Positions 10,701 through 20,018 of a stretch of 64,000 bases of DNA are shown here, one piece after another. The stretch is from the IMG/VR virus record IMGVR_UViG_3300045988_057942, one strand, 5' to 3'. The translations under genes were made by a program, and so were the position numbers. The DNA is from a virus. The notes under the pieces are model-generated. The model searched no databases. It saw nothing but the letters and a program-made list of their open reading frames with translations, and was not told the origin of the DNA. Position 1 is the stretch's first letter. The number at the start of each line of letters is the position of its first letter.

Positions 10701-11642
10701 ACTACTAGCGGTAGTAAACTTACTTATGGTAATAGAACTACTACAACAAGTAGAAGTACAACTGTTACTGCAACTTATAATGGAGTTAGTAAATCTATTA
10801 ATATTACACAATCTGCTGGTAGTAAAATTACAGGCAAAATGACATATCATACTGATATTTATGATAGAAATTCATCTAATTATACAGATTATACTAGTTA
10901 TCCTGTAACACATGATATTGGAGGTGAACCTGTTATTTCTGGAGGTGATACAATTATTACTTATTGTAGACTTCGTAAAACACAACCATGGACTTGGAAT
11001 GGTGTTAGTGGTAGTGGCGGAACAGATACTACTTATGCTAGCGCAAAAGATGTAGCTATTGTAAGTCAATCTAACTGTACAACTATTGTTAAAGATATAG
11101 GTAGTAATAATATGATTATGTTTAGTTCTGTTGTTCCCGCTAATTTAAGTAGTAGTGCTCGTACTTGGTATTTTAATTGGAGATGGTTAGGTTCTAATAA
11201 TACTACTATCCGAAATACACAAGCCGCAAATACTTTACGTGGTAGACTTGTTATTAAAAATGATTATTTTACTAGTCAAAATATTGCATTACCTATTTAT
11301 TTAGATAGTGAAAATGTAGATTCAATATATAAAGGAGAAGCAAGTTATAATGATATTAAAAAAACTCCTATTGGTGTTTATGTATATATTCCTACTAATA
11401 TTTCTATAATGAACGCTGGTAAATTGCAATTTTGGTTTGAAAATAAAGATGGTGGTGGCAGTAAATATACTTGTACTTTAAGTAAAGTTAGTACACCTTC
11501 AAATAGTGTTTTTGTATCTAATAATAATAATATTATTACTGTTACTGCTAATACAACTACTTCTTCATTTACTATATTATGTCAATTTACTATTACTTCT
11601 AATAGTACAATATTTAATGTAAGAGTTTTAATTGAACAATGA
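7758..11642 (+). CDS. Large tail protein with ~8 tandem BACON-like / Ig-like repeats (~107 aa each).
   Basis: 1294-aa ORF. Repeat unit 'ITITQSAGAKVY..WSAWTV.ISA....IGA.GGT..I.TSASR.R.W.WNGV...' resembles the BACON domain described in crAssphage. Confidence 0.8.
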   Translation: MAIYQGDIGIHDIKLGSIDVFEIYQGSKLVYPENTEVTVTFKLNVSGTVTINGYTPVISENNTKFVFTIPVKTDYTANITAEHYKSQTISGNSGYLPITHNVELEWEQEFISYTVTFPTDGVKVLFDGIEKGVITNGKLVVLIDDIEAKDSYTVTFEGSKASTYDTSGLKVVDSSIAATGGSYDLKLSTSSVKTAYTRTDYASSTGSITKGSTYTGSWIETVVNLTASFTSSTTLGSISNNVLTIANNESTNTKSGTLTVIFTLENKQTKEVSAALNQAAGAKVYTNWVLDLQTDGTSVEAKGGTRTVTANIARRTYKWNNTGTVYSETATPTLSISGSASLSGNQIKFTSNESVSARSAVLTASYVGLSKTITITQSAGSKVYSAWSAWAVSISASTQTIGASGGTSTITTSASRSRTWTWNGVGTTHTDTETGTPTLSGSAGGFTLSGKTVTASNNTTTNSRSITITATSNNVSKSITITQSAGAKVYGNWSAWTVNISADKTSIGATGGTATISTSASRTRSYTWNGVAGSGGTETGNGTPTLSKVSGSGNWTSPKVTYGNNTSTSGKSTVIRATIDSTTKDITISQSAGAKQYSTWSAWTVNISNSGNIAASGGSSNITTSASRTRTWTWNGVNGSGGTETGTGTPTLSKISGAGSFASNKVTYDNNTSTSARSTVIRATMDSVTKDTTVTQNAGSKTYSSWGAWSISLSANVTTIAAAGGNATLSTSATRSRTWQWNGTGTTYTENASGSPTLSKVNGAASLSGSTVSYGNNTSTSSRSSVFRATIDSTTKDITISQSAGARVYGSWSGWTVSCSASNYKVWAGGDSVTIYSSASRNRTWTWNGVAGSGGTESDNATPTISVTSGVGVLSGNTLTFSNNTSPDARTTRVTANYNGVTDYCDIMQYGGNKVAGSWTSWQVTISASPMNIAAAGGSSTITCNAVRTRNYTWNGVGTTYTETENGSPTLSKSGDGTLSGTTSGSKLTYGNRTTTTSRSTTVTATYNGVSKSINITQSAGSKITGKMTYHTDIYDRNSSNYTDYTSYPVTHDIGGEPVISGGDTIITYCRLRKTQPWTWNGVSGSGGTDTTYASAKDVAIVSQSNCTTIVKDIGSNNMIMFSSVVPANLSSSARTWYFNWRWLGSNNTTIRNTQAANTLRGRLVIKNDYFTSQNIALPIYLDSENVDSIYKGEASYNDIKKTPIGVYVYIPTNISIMNAGKLQFWFENKDGGGSKYTCTLSKVSTPSNSVFVSNNNNIITVTANTTTSSFTILCQFTITSNSTIFNVRVLIEQ
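8362..8381 (+). repeat. GC-rich repeat copy (catcctccacggggagtata), in-frame in 7758-11642 (ASSTGSIT).
   Basis: Core match. Confidence 0.85.
8590..10830 (+). repeat. About 8 tandem ~320-bp coding repeats (BACON-like domains).
   Basis: 'caatctgctgg(t/a)gctaaagt.tat...tgg' recurs at 8886, 9202, 9523, 9841, 10160, 10481 and 10807. Confidence 0.75.
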
Positions 11643-11727
11643 TAAGAATACTATTTAATATAACAATATTACTAATACTTATATTGTTTATTTACTCATT
11701 AAAGTTATTTAAATTAATCACATAATT

Positions 11728-13413
11728 ATGAACAATAAACAACTATATGAAAAACTAGGTCAGAATAGTTATGATAAAGTATTTCCTATTACTTATCTTC
11801 AAAATATTCTTGACAAAGATACAAATAATGATTTAACTGTTGTTCTTTCTAGGTTTAATCATTTATGGATTCCATATCAAGGAACTAGAGTTAATACTCG
11901 TAAAGCTGTTCCTGCTATTTTTAGACGTAATAGTCTTACTATAAGTTATTATGACGCAGAACATAATATATCTGTAACTGAAAGTTATATAGGTAGTAAT
12001 ATGCAAGCTGGTGTTGAAGCTAGTTGGGTTTCTGATGATAATTGGACTAAAATTCTTAGTGAAAAATATCTTGAAGAATCTGGTGCTAAAATTCCTATTG
12101 CTGATGGTACTATTGATTGGGATATGCTTAACGAAGCTCTTAAGCAAATGATTGCTGCTGATGGTAAAGTTACTATTATTAATTATCCTGATGAAGAGGA
12201 TATTACTCTTCGATTAACTCCTGGTTGTTGTAATGTAAATCGTCTTAGTCTTAAAGATAGACATTATGAGCCTGAATATAAAAGCGGTAAAGGATATAAA
12301 ATAATTCGCAGGGTTTTACTCCCCGTGGAGGATGATGCTAGTAATGCAGAACAGCTTTTATTTGATGGTTTTCTTGATGATACTTATTGTGAACAATATG
12401 GCCAAATAATTCTTAATACTGATAAGTATGAAGTTATTAAAACAGATTTAGGTAATACTGCTGGTATTTATTATGATACTTATCATAAATTATTTGTTCT
12501 TAGAGTTAAGACTGTTCATGATGGAATTGGTTTTTATAATTATTATACTAGATGGACGATTGTAGAATCTACTGATAGAGTTCATCCTCTACGGGGGGTC
12601 AACACTCCTGTTTATGGAAATAGTGAAGATTATAATATTTATAATACTTGTCTTTCTGATGAACGTCCAAGACTTGGTATTATATATGTTAATTCAGTAG
12701 ATAATATTAAATATTATTTTAATGAAGAAAATCTAGTTCAAGTTAAGAATAATATTTATCTTAATTATAAAGCTGTTCTTACTCAAGATATGGTTAACGA
12801 AGAAAATACTCGTTATATTATTCGTTATGCTTTTGATTTAAGTGGTAAAACTATTACAATGCCTGCTGGATGTGAACTTGTATTTGAAGGTGGTATTATT
12901 GAAAATGGTACTATTGATTTAAATAAATGTAAACTTACAGGTATGGTTGGTGAAGAATCTGAATATCTTCCTAATGTAACTTGTAGTAATTGGGCTGTTG
13001 GTCAAATTGAATATCGTAATGGAAAGATTTGTTATTGGAATGGTAATGAATGGAGAGTAATGGGAGATACTTCTTCATTTGATAGTTATACTAAACAAGA
13101 AATTAATAACTTGCTTAAAAATTATTATACTAAATCTGAAACTTATAATAAAGAAGAAGTTAATAATTTGCTTAATGGATATGTTACTAATAGTACATTT
13201 AATAACTTTAAAGAAGAAATAAATCAAACTATTACTAATAGTGTTAATCTTGATAAGATTCAAAAAGCTATTAATGATGGTTGTGGAGTTAATATGACTA
13301 TGCCTAGTGCAAATAATAATAAACTTAGTCTTCCAATTTGGACAGGAACTGCTACCCAATATGCAACTATTACCCCAGTTGCTGGAATGACTTATAATAT
13401 TGTTGATGAATAA
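11728..13413 (+). CDS. Tail fibre-like protein. Carries two GC-rich repeat copies in-frame and shares a central domain with 2190-4808 and a C-terminal motif with 6957-7754.
   Basis: 561-aa ORF. Paralogous blocks as described. Peptides 'LLPVEDDA' and 'HPLRGVNTP' come from the repeat. Confidence 0.75.
   Translation: MNNKQLYEKLGQNSYDKVFPITYLQNILDKDTNNDLTVVLSRFNHLWIPYQGTRVNTRKAVPAIFRRNSLTISYYDAEHNISVTESYIGSNMQAGVEASWVSDDNWTKILSEKYLEESGAKIPIADGTIDWDMLNEALKQMIAADGKVTIINYPDEEDITLRLTPGCCNVNRLSLKDRHYEPEYKSGKGYKIIRRVLLPVEDDASNAEQLLFDGFLDDTYCEQYGQIILNTDKYEVIKTDLGNTAGIYYDTYHKLFVLRVKTVHDGIGFYNYYTRWTIVESTDRVHPLRGVNTPVYGNSEDYNIYNTCLSDERPRLGIIYVNSVDNIKYYFNEENLVQVKNNIYLNYKAVLTQDMVNEENTRYIIRYAFDLSGKTITMPAGCELVFEGGIIENGTIDLNKCKLTGMVGEESEYLPNVTCSNWAVGQIEYRNGKICYWNGNEWRVMGDTSSFDSYTKQEINNLLKNYYTKSETYNKEEVNNLLNGYVTNSTFNNFKEEINQTITNSVNLDKIQKAINDGCGVNMTMPSANNNKLSLPIWTGTATQYATITPVAGMTYNIVDE
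12318..12335 (-). repeat. GC-rich repeat copy, reverse orientation (actccccgtggaggatga), in-frame in 11728-13413 (LPVEDD).
   Basis: Core reverse complement. Confidence 0.85.
12583..12600 (+). repeat. GC-rich repeat copy (catcctctacggggggtc), in-frame in 11728-13413 (HPLRGV).
   Basis: Core match. Confidence 0.85.
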
Positions 13414-14525
13414 TGAGTTTAACTCTTGGACGTGAAGGAGGAATTGCTCAACCTCTTAGAAAGAGAACAGTAGGTCAAACTAATATTGCTCATGTTTATG
13501 ATGGTACTAATCATATTTGGCCTACTTCTGTTATTCATTTTAGTGATTTTACTAGTGTTCAACTTAGATATATTTGGGGTAAAAATGATGGTTCTGATTT
13601 GGATACTAAATCATATTATGTTAATTCTCCTATTGATAGTTTAAACTATTCATCTGTTGGTTTTTCTTGGAGTCAAAGACCTGGTGTTATACCTTATTTA
13701 TATTGGGGTGGTGATAATGTAAATTCTGGTGCTGAATGTATTATGTTCAACATTGAATCTATGATTGAATTAGAAGATAAAATGCCTGATATAATGAAGA
13801 TGAATTTATGTGCTAATTGGTATGGTTCAAAAGGTATTGGAAATGTTACTATTGAATGTACTGCTTATAAAGGAGGAGTTATAGTTTGTGCTTGGCAATT
13901 AACAAATGTTGAAGATGATATTGATAAACGTGGAGAATTTTTATTTCCAACTTCTGATGGTAAAATAGATATGCCTGATTATAGTAATGGAGGTTATAAA
14001 GAATGTTGGTATGGTGAAGTTGTTGAAGCTAGACCTATTGGTGGTGGTCAATCTATATATTTTAGAGTTAATCCTGTTGATGATAGTATTTTTGAACTTC
14101 CTAATATTAAAGTAATTCGTACTGGTAATGGAATGGTACATAAAGATGGTTATTGCTGGTATCAAAATACTCCTAATACTAAGTATAAAGTATGGAATAA
14201 TCAAATAAATCTAAGTGGATATATTAATACTCTTGGTTCTCCTAAGTTAAATATTGATAAAGATGATACTTACGAATATACTTATATGACAGCTTTACTT
14301 AATTCAGATAATACTATTTATAATTCAGAATATAACAATAATTATAAATTTAATTATGGTTTTGTTGCAGGTAATTCTGAATTTAGAGGACAACAAGTTA
14401 TTCAATGTAATGTTGCTAGTCAAACTGGTCCTGCTGATGATGGTAAGACTTCAATTGGTGAAATAAAATATACTAAACTTAACAAAATTGGTGAGTTGAC
14501 AATATATAATCCTATTGAAAGTTAA
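13413..14525 (+). CDS. Hypothetical structural protein, 370 aa.
   Basis: ATG overlaps the upstream stop (TAATGA). Confidence 0.75.
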   Translation: MSLTLGREGGIAQPLRKRTVGQTNIAHVYDGTNHIWPTSVIHFSDFTSVQLRYIWGKNDGSDLDTKSYYVNSPIDSLNYSSVGFSWSQRPGVIPYLYWGGDNVNSGAECIMFNIESMIELEDKMPDIMKMNLCANWYGSKGIGNVTIECTAYKGGVIVCAWQLTNVEDDIDKRGEFLFPTSDGKIDMPDYSNGGYKECWYGEVVEARPIGGGQSIYFRVNPVDDSIFELPNIKVIRTGNGMVHKDGYCWYQNTPNTKYKVWNNQINLSGYINTLGSPKLNIDKDDTYEYTYMTALLNSDNTIYNSEYNNNYKFNYGFVAGNSEFRGQQVIQCNVASQTGPADDGKTSIGEIKYTKLNKIGELTIYNPIES

Positions 14526-14630
14526 AATAATGTTAATTACCAAACAAAGATAACGGTTTAAGTGTTATAGATTATGTAGTTCAAACTACAAGTATTAATC
14601 TATTTTTTTTAACTTAAACCTTAATTTATT

Positions 14631-15392
14631 ATGCAAGTAATTGAAAAAGTGAAAGTTGTTCCAGAGGGCTATAATGGTGCTGGAATGAATTATGACGGTG
14701 GTAATCGTCGTGATGTAAACGGTAAAGCTAATGCAGGTTTAACTCTTGGTATTATCGGTACTGCACTTGGTGCTTGGGCTTTGTTTGGTAATCGTCGTTC
14801 TAGTGTATTAGGTGGCGCTGGTGGTGGAATGTTAGGTGATGGTTCTACTAATATTAACGTACTTGGTGCTACTGCTGGTAGTGGAAGCGGTGCTCCTACT
14901 GCTTTTCAAGCATGGGAAAAATCTTGTGAAGATACTTTAGCTCTTCAAGGTGGTCTTTATCAATGGGCTTTGACTCAACAGAATCAACGTTTTGAAGATA
15001 GAGAACGATTGAATAGTGAACTGTTTGGTGTTTATATTGATGGACGTAATCGTACTGATGCTCTTATTGAGAAAAATAACACTGACCATTTTAATCTTTA
15101 CAAGTACACTCGTGACGCTGATGATGATATCCGTAAAGAAATATCTGAATTGAAAGCCGAATTAGCTGTTACTAAAGCTATTCGTCCTTATCAGGATAAA
15201 CTTATCCAATGCGAAATGGAAAGAATGTTTACGGCTGGTATCAACTATACTAATCAAAAGACTTGCAATGTTATTTATGGTGTAGTTACTCTTCCGAATG
15301 AACCTACTGTTACTGGTTTAGTTGGACGTAATGCTAACGGTTGTTTACCATGCGGTTTTACTCAAACTGCTAGTACAACTCCTGCTCAGTAA
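14631..15392 (+). CDS. Hypothetical protein with a Gly-rich, glycine-zipper-like hydrophobic segment (GLTLGIIGTALGAWALFG).
   Basis: 253-aa ORF preceded by a ~100-bp AT-rich intergenic region. Confidence 0.7.
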   Translation: MQVIEKVKVVPEGYNGAGMNYDGGNRRDVNGKANAGLTLGIIGTALGAWALFGNRRSSVLGGAGGGMLGDGSTNINVLGATAGSGSGAPTAFQAWEKSCEDTLALQGGLYQWALTQQNQRFEDRERLNSELFGVYIDGRNRTDALIEKNNTDHFNLYKYTRDADDDIRKEISELKAELAVTKAIRPYQDKLIQCEMERMFTAGINYTNQKTCNVIYGVVTLPNEPTVTGLVGRNANGCLPCGFTQTASTTPAQ

Positions 15393-15432
15393 TATTACTA
15401 AGTTTGATTAAGAACATAAAATTAGAATAGAT

Positions 15433-15948
15433 ATGATACCTGTTAATCAATTTATACTAGGTGGTAGTGACCCTTTACTATACCCTGGTGAAAAAATGAC
15501 TAATAGCATTGATGAACAAATTGCTTTTCTTCAAAGTCAAAAACAAGCAATTAATGAAGCTTATCGTCGTAATGCTATTCCTAATGCAAATAATGGTACA
15601 ACTCAAAATCAGCAAGTTCCAACTCAAGGAATTTGGGACGCTATTGATGCTGAAATTGCACCACTTACACAAGAACAACAAAATATGCTTCTTAGTAACC
15701 AAGATTATGTAAATAACTATAATGCTTTACAAAGTATGGTTCAAGCAGAAGTTCTTAATTTAGTTAGAGGAAAAATCGAAGCTAGTGCTGATGGCAAACA
15801 TTTACTTGAAGAACAACTTAAACTTGTTAAGTTACTTAAAAGTAAAATTGTTGAAGTTACTAACAAAGAAATGGAATTGTTTAAAGCTTTTAAAGAAGCT
15901 AGTAAAACTAATCCTAATTTAACTTATGAAGAATTTTTAAAGAAGTAA
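15433..15948 (+). CDS. Hypothetical protein, 171 aa.
   Basis: ATG-start ORF, compact spacing. Confidence 0.65.
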   Translation: MIPVNQFILGGSDPLLYPGEKMTNSIDEQIAFLQSQKQAINEAYRRNAIPNANNGTTQNQQVPTQGIWDAIDAEIAPLTQEQQNMLLSNQDYVNNYNALQSMVQAEVLNLVRGKIEASADGKHLLEEQLKLVKLLKSKIVEVTNKEMELFKAFKEASKTNPNLTYEEFLKK

Positions 15949-15952
15949 TATT

Positions 15953-16339
15953 ATGGTTGAAATTGGTAATGTTAAAGAGGTTATTAAAGATTATATTATT
16001 AAACAATTAGTATCTATGGGTGAAAGTTCTCCAGCTATAAGACTTTTAATTCCTTTAGCTAAAAGAGCAATTACTAATAATATTAATAGTTTTGATAAGT
16101 TCTTGAAGCCTATTGCAGATAAAGATGGCATGATTGATATTGAAGGTATATTTGATGAAGAAATGGAAATTATTAATAATATTGATAATTTTGATTTTGA
16201 TATACCTTTTATTGGTGGCGGTAATATTTCTAAAGGTATTATATCTCTTGAAGTTCCTTATGTGAATAAAATTGTTGCTCTTAATCAAACTGATTTAGAA
16301 GTTTTAAAAGAATCATTAATCAGTTTAAAAACAAAGTAA
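15953..16339 (+). CDS. Hypothetical protein, 128 aa.
   Basis: ORF starts 5 nt after the previous stop. Confidence 0.65.
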   Translation: MVEIGNVKEVIKDYIIKQLVSMGESSPAIRLLIPLAKRAITNNINSFDKFLKPIADKDGMIDIEGIFDEEMEIINNIDNFDFDIPFIGGGNISKGIISLEVPYVNKIVALNQTDLEVLKESLISLKTK

Positions 16340-16343
16340 TATT

Positions 16344-16919
16344 ATGAGAGAAATGCCTTACATTCAACCTTACCATGTTGGTAATCGTCGTGGCGGTAAT
16401 CAAAATATTCTTGATGAATTTCGTGAATTTCTTGATGCACGTGGAGGACGAGGCGGTCGTGGTGGTAGAGGTGGCATGAGAAATCGTATTGGCTATGATA
16501 CTTACGATACTTATGGTCGCTCTACTAATAAAAATGACCGAGAAGAAAAGATTTTAACTATGCTTATGAGCGGTGGATATAATGACGATGGCTATCATTT
16601 TAATGAGTATGAAGCTAAAGAAGTTGTAGAACAAATGTATCATGTTAAAGACAATAAGAAATATATTGGTGAAAAATATGATATGAATAAAGCTCATGAG
16701 ATTTGTGAACGCTATAAAGAAGTATTACCTAATGATGTTGAACCTTGTGATGTTTATGTTGCAATTAACGCTCAATATCATGATTATGCTAAATTATTTG
16801 AAGAATGGTTTGGTGGTAATATAGATAATAAAGTGTTTGAAAGTGCTATTACATTTTGGTTTAAAGATGTAGATTTTGATGGTGATAAAGTGTGGGAATA
16901 TTTTCACATGAATAACTAA
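16344..16919 (+). CDS. Hypothetical protein with an RGG/RG-rich box (RGGRGGRGGRGGMRNR). Possibly nucleic-acid binding.
   Basis: 191-aa ORF. 'GNRRGGNQ...ARGGRGGRGGRGG'. Followed by a strong terminator. Confidence 0.7.
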   Translation: MREMPYIQPYHVGNRRGGNQNILDEFREFLDARGGRGGRGGRGGMRNRIGYDTYDTYGRSTNKNDREEKILTMLMSGGYNDDGYHFNEYEAKEVVEQMYHVKDNKKYIGEKYDMNKAHEICERYKEVLPNDVEPCDVYVAINAQYHDYAKLFEEWFGGNIDNKVFESAITFWFKDVDFDGDKVWEYFHMNN

Positions 16920-16941
16920 TCATTATTGTAAAACTATAAAA

Positions 16942-16974
16942 GGGAATTATCTTCGGATAGTTCCCTTTTTTATT
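16942..16974 (+). terminator. Rho-independent terminator: 10-bp stem (gggaattatc / gatagttccc, one G-U wobble), ttcg tetraloop, then tttttTattT.
   Basis: Seen directly at 16942-16974, 23 nt after the stop of 16344-16919. Confidence 0.7.
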
Positions 16975-16989
16975 TATCTAAATTTTAGT

Positions 16990-17319
16990 ATGGACAAATT
17001 TATTGATGCAATTGTAGATGGAATCCTTAGTAATTTTGATTTTGGATTTATGTTTATTGTTAATGTTCTAACTTATATTATTATTAAAACTATTGATTAT
17101 TTTAATGGTGATAATAAAGTTCCTACTTGGCAAAAAAGATGTGTATTAGTTATAAGTATTGCTGCTATGATTGGTATTTATATTACAGCTGGTTATGATA
17201 ATACTATTATGCTTGTTAATAGTGCTATTCTTGCTCCTGTGTTTTGGAGTTGGGTTGTTAGTCCTATTCTAAAGAAACTTGGAGTTGGTTATAAAGATAT
17301 TGATAATACTATTGGTTAA
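16990..17319 (+). CDS. Small membrane protein with 2-3 predicted TM helices. Holin-like is one possibility.
   Basis: 109 aa. Hydrophobic stretches FGFMFIVNVLTYIII, VLVISIAAMIGIYITAG and ILAPVFWSWVVSPIL. Confidence 0.55.
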   Translation: MDKFIDAIVDGILSNFDFGFMFIVNVLTYIIIKTIDYFNGDNKVPTWQKRCVLVISIAAMIGIYITAGYDNTIMLVNSAILAPVFWSWVVSPILKKLGVGYKDIDNTIG

Positions 17320-17369
17320 GATTGTGTGATGATTATTAGCTAGGTTTGACTGACTAATTCAAGCCTGCT

Positions 17370-17392
17370 CCATCCTCTACGGGGAGTATAGC
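17370..17392 (+). repeat. GC-rich repeat copy (ccatcctctacggggagtatagc), intergenic, flanked by imperfect 10-bp inverted repeats ttagctagg / cctagctga.
   Basis: Core match. Confidence 0.9.
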
Positions 17393-17527
17393 TTGCCGAA
17401 TTTGGCTAGTTTTAAGCCTAGCTGATTAGTTATACACGATTGAATAAAAGTCTTACTGTAAGCCTAAAAAGTGGCTCTATGGACGTACATAAATATTTAC
17501 AATATTAAAATTTAAAATAGTAAAGTT

Positions 17528-17869
17528 ATGAGAGTTATTAAGACTAAACATTTTCCTTTTGGTGGTTATAAAGCTATTAATCTTTTTGGTATTGTATTTA
17601 CTAAAGGAGAATTAAGTAATAGAGAACTTAATCATGAAGCTATTCATACAGAACAAATGAAAGAAATGTTATATATCTTTTTCTATATATGGTATGGTAT
17701 TGAATATCTTATTATAAGACTATTTCATATTAAACAACATGATGCTTATAAAGATGTAAGTTTTGAAGAAGAAGCTCATATTAATGATGATAATCTTAAT
17801 TATATTAGTGAACGTAAACATTATACTTGGACTAAATATCTAGGTATTAATAGTTCTAAAACTGCTTAA
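17528..17869 (+). CDS. Hypothetical protein with an HExxH motif (NHEAIHTEQ). Possibly a minimal Zn-metallopeptidase-like fold.
   Basis: 113-aa ORF. HEAIH motif. No further support. Confidence 0.5.
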   Translation: MRVIKTKHFPFGGYKAINLFGIVFTKGELSNRELNHEAIHTEQMKEMLYIFFYIWYGIEYLIIRLFHIKQHDAYKDVSFEEEAHINDDNLNYISERKHYTWTKYLGINSSKTA

Positions 17870-17950
17870 TTAAAAAATGTTAATAATATTGTTAAACTAC
17901 TTGTTATTAATAATATAATTTATATTTGTAACAAACTAAATTCTAAAGAT

Positions 17951-18466
17951 ATGGAAGATGATAAAAGAGTTAATTATAAGTTAGATGCTATTAATAAACT
18001 TATTAATAATCTTAAACTTAGTATTTCTGGTAATAAAGAACATGATGAGCTTGGAGAAAATAATGTTATAGTTAATCTTGATGAGATTAGTCAAAAGATT
18101 ACTGAATTACATGAAATGGTTAAAGCTGAATTTGATGAGTTTGAAAATCAACATAAAAGTGAATCAGATGAAACTCAAACTCTTCTTAATAGTCGTTTTG
18201 ATAAAGTTGATGCTAAATTAGATAGTATTAAAGCTGCTGTTGATAGTATGAAAACTACTATTGGTAATAAACTTGATACTGTTAATTCTACTATTAATAA
18301 AGCAAATACAGATATAGTTGCTGCGATTAATGCTATGAAAACTAGTAATGATACTAAAAACGATGCTATAATTACTGCTCTTCAAGGACTTGTAACTAAA
18401 GTTAATCGAAATACTAGTAATATTAATTCTCTTAACGGTCGAGTTGATGCTCTAGAACAAGCTTAA
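17951..18466 (+). CDS. Coiled-coil protein, 171 aa (fibre-associated or assembly type). Not Avd-like, since it is not basic.
   Basis: Heptad periodicity through most of its length. Lies immediately upstream of the DGR target gene. Confidence 0.65.
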   Translation: MEDDKRVNYKLDAINKLINNLKLSISGNKEHDELGENNVIVNLDEISQKITELHEMVKAEFDEFENQHKSESDETQTLLNSRFDKVDAKLDSIKAAVDSMKTTIGNKLDTVNSTINKANTDIVAAINAMKTSNDTKNDAIITALQGLVTKVNRNTSNINSLNGRVDALEQA

Positions 18467-18467
18467 C

Positions 18468-19928
18468 ATGAATTTTAATTTAGTAGAAATGTATAATGGC
18501 TTGTTAAGATTTAATAAGCATATACTAAATGAACTTGCAGAAGGACTTAAACATCTACCTAATTTAGATGGAGTATCTAAAGGAGATAGTTTAATTATTA
18601 ATGAACAAGGTAATCCAGCTTGGGGTTCTGCTGCATTTATTCCTACTTTTGAAAATGCTGCTTATGGTATTGAATGGACTAAAGATGATAATGATATAAT
18701 CAGAATTGGTAATGCTAAATTTCATAGAGAACTTCCTATTCAAAATAGACTTAAAGGTTGTGTCTATAATGAAAAGAAAATCAGTTATTTCCTTAATCCT
18801 ACGGGTTGGGCTAAACCTCTTGAAAATGGTTTTGTTCCTCCTCTTGATGGAAGTGATGGCGATGTTGGGGTAAGAGTTCCAGAGTTTTATATGTGCGTTA
18901 AAGATACTGGTACTAAATATCAACTTTGGATAAGTGATTTTAATATTGATGGAACATTTACTAGAGTTCATCCTTTTATTATAAGTCATACTAAAACTAT
19001 GACTAGAACTAGAGAAGATGGTAAAGAAGAAGTATTTAGTGCTTGCATTAAACATGATAATACCAGATATTTAGGAGGAAATAAAAGTTCTTCTGTTGTT
19101 GCTACTAAATTACAAGGTAGACCTAGAACTGGTATTAATTATGATAAAGCAAATGAATTTTGTGCTAATCGCGGTGATTGGATTACAATGATTGATTATC
19201 TTGAATATTGTGCTTTACAGGCTCTTTGTTATATTGAGTATGCTAATTTTGATAATCAAGCTGCATTAAATACTAATTTAACTAGTGAAGGATTTAAACA
19301 AGGAGGTCTTGGTGCTGGTGTTACAAATTTAAATTGGGATAGATGGGCAGCTTTTAATGGTAATAATCCTATTGTACAAACTTATTGGACTGCTGAACAT
19401 AATATTGGTAATGGTAGTACAAATGGTGATCATTATGAACTAGGAAATTATAATGCAGATGGAAGTAATTTAAATACTTATCCTGCTGTTTATCGTGGTA
19501 TTCTAAATTTCTTTGGTGATATATGGACATTTGTTAGAGATGTAGCTATTATTAATAAAGATACAAATTATAATAGTGTTTATCTTCTTAAAAAAGGTGT
19601 TAATCATTCTGATATTACAATAGATAATATTCAAGATAAATGTTATTTTATAGGTGACCAAGCTAATACTAATAATTTTATTACTGAATTTGATTTTAGA
19701 TTTGGTCCTTATTTTGTTCCTAATAAAGTTGGAACTAATAAAAAAGCTGACTATAATTGGAAAAGAGGTAATGATGGACAAGATACAGATAAAGCTGTTC
19801 GTGTGCTTCTGCTTGGCGGTGACGCTCTTAACGGTTCTGCGGCTGGCTCTGGTTACTTTGGTTCTCATTGGGTTCGGTCGGCTTCTGATGCTGGTGTCGG
19901 CTTCTTTACCACAGTTAAGCTTGATTAA
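18468..19928 (+). CDS. DGR target protein (variable protein). The C-terminal ~35 codons are the VR, of C-type-lectin/FGE-fold type.
   Basis: The last 105 nt match the downstream TR except at adenines. TR adenines sit in AAC/AAT/AGC codons. The VR is at the extreme C-terminus, as in Mtd-like targets. Confidence 0.85.
   Translation: MNFNLVEMYNGLLRFNKHILNELAEGLKHLPNLDGVSKGDSLIINEQGNPAWGSAAFIPTFENAAYGIEWTKDDNDIIRIGNAKFHRELPIQNRLKGCVYNEKKISYFLNPTGWAKPLENGFVPPLDGSDGDVGVRVPEFYMCVKDTGTKYQLWISDFNIDGTFTRVHPFIISHTKTMTRTREDGKEEVFSACIKHDNTRYLGGNKSSSVVATKLQGRPRTGINYDKANEFCANRGDWITMIDYLEYCALQALCYIEYANFDNQAALNTNLTSEGFKQGGLGAGVTNLNWDRWAAFNGNNPIVQTYWTAEHNIGNGSTNGDHYELGNYNADGSNLNTYPAVYRGILNFFGDIWTFVRDVAIINKDTNYNSVYLLKKGVNHSDITIDNIQDKCYFIGDQANTNNFITEFDFRFGPYFVPNKVGTNKKADYNWKRGNDGQDTDKAVRVLLLGGDALNGSAAGSGYFGSHWVRSASDAGVGFFTTVKLD
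19803..19907 (+). repeat. DGR variable repeat (VR), 105 bp.
   Basis: Aligns base-for-base with 20074-20178 at ~21 mismatches, every one at a TR 'A' (A>G, C or T). The 3' 14 nt (tgtcggcttcttt) are identical, an IMH-like end. Confidence 0.9.
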
Positions 19929-19942
19929 ATAAGTCCACGTGG

Positions 19943-20018
19943 AACTGTTGCTAGGAGTAGTTGGTTAATTAATTTGTTTTCTGTTTTTGTATTTCTCGAT
20001 ACTACTCCTGCAACAGTT
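19943..20018 (+). other. Long hairpin downstream of the VR: 18-bp stem with a 1-nt bulge (aactgttgcTaggagtagt / actactcctgcaacagtt) and a 39-nt AT-rich loop.
   Basis: Seen directly. Lies 36 nt after the VR end. BPP-1-type DGRs need a hairpin/cruciform 3' of the VR for target recognition. Confidence 0.6.
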
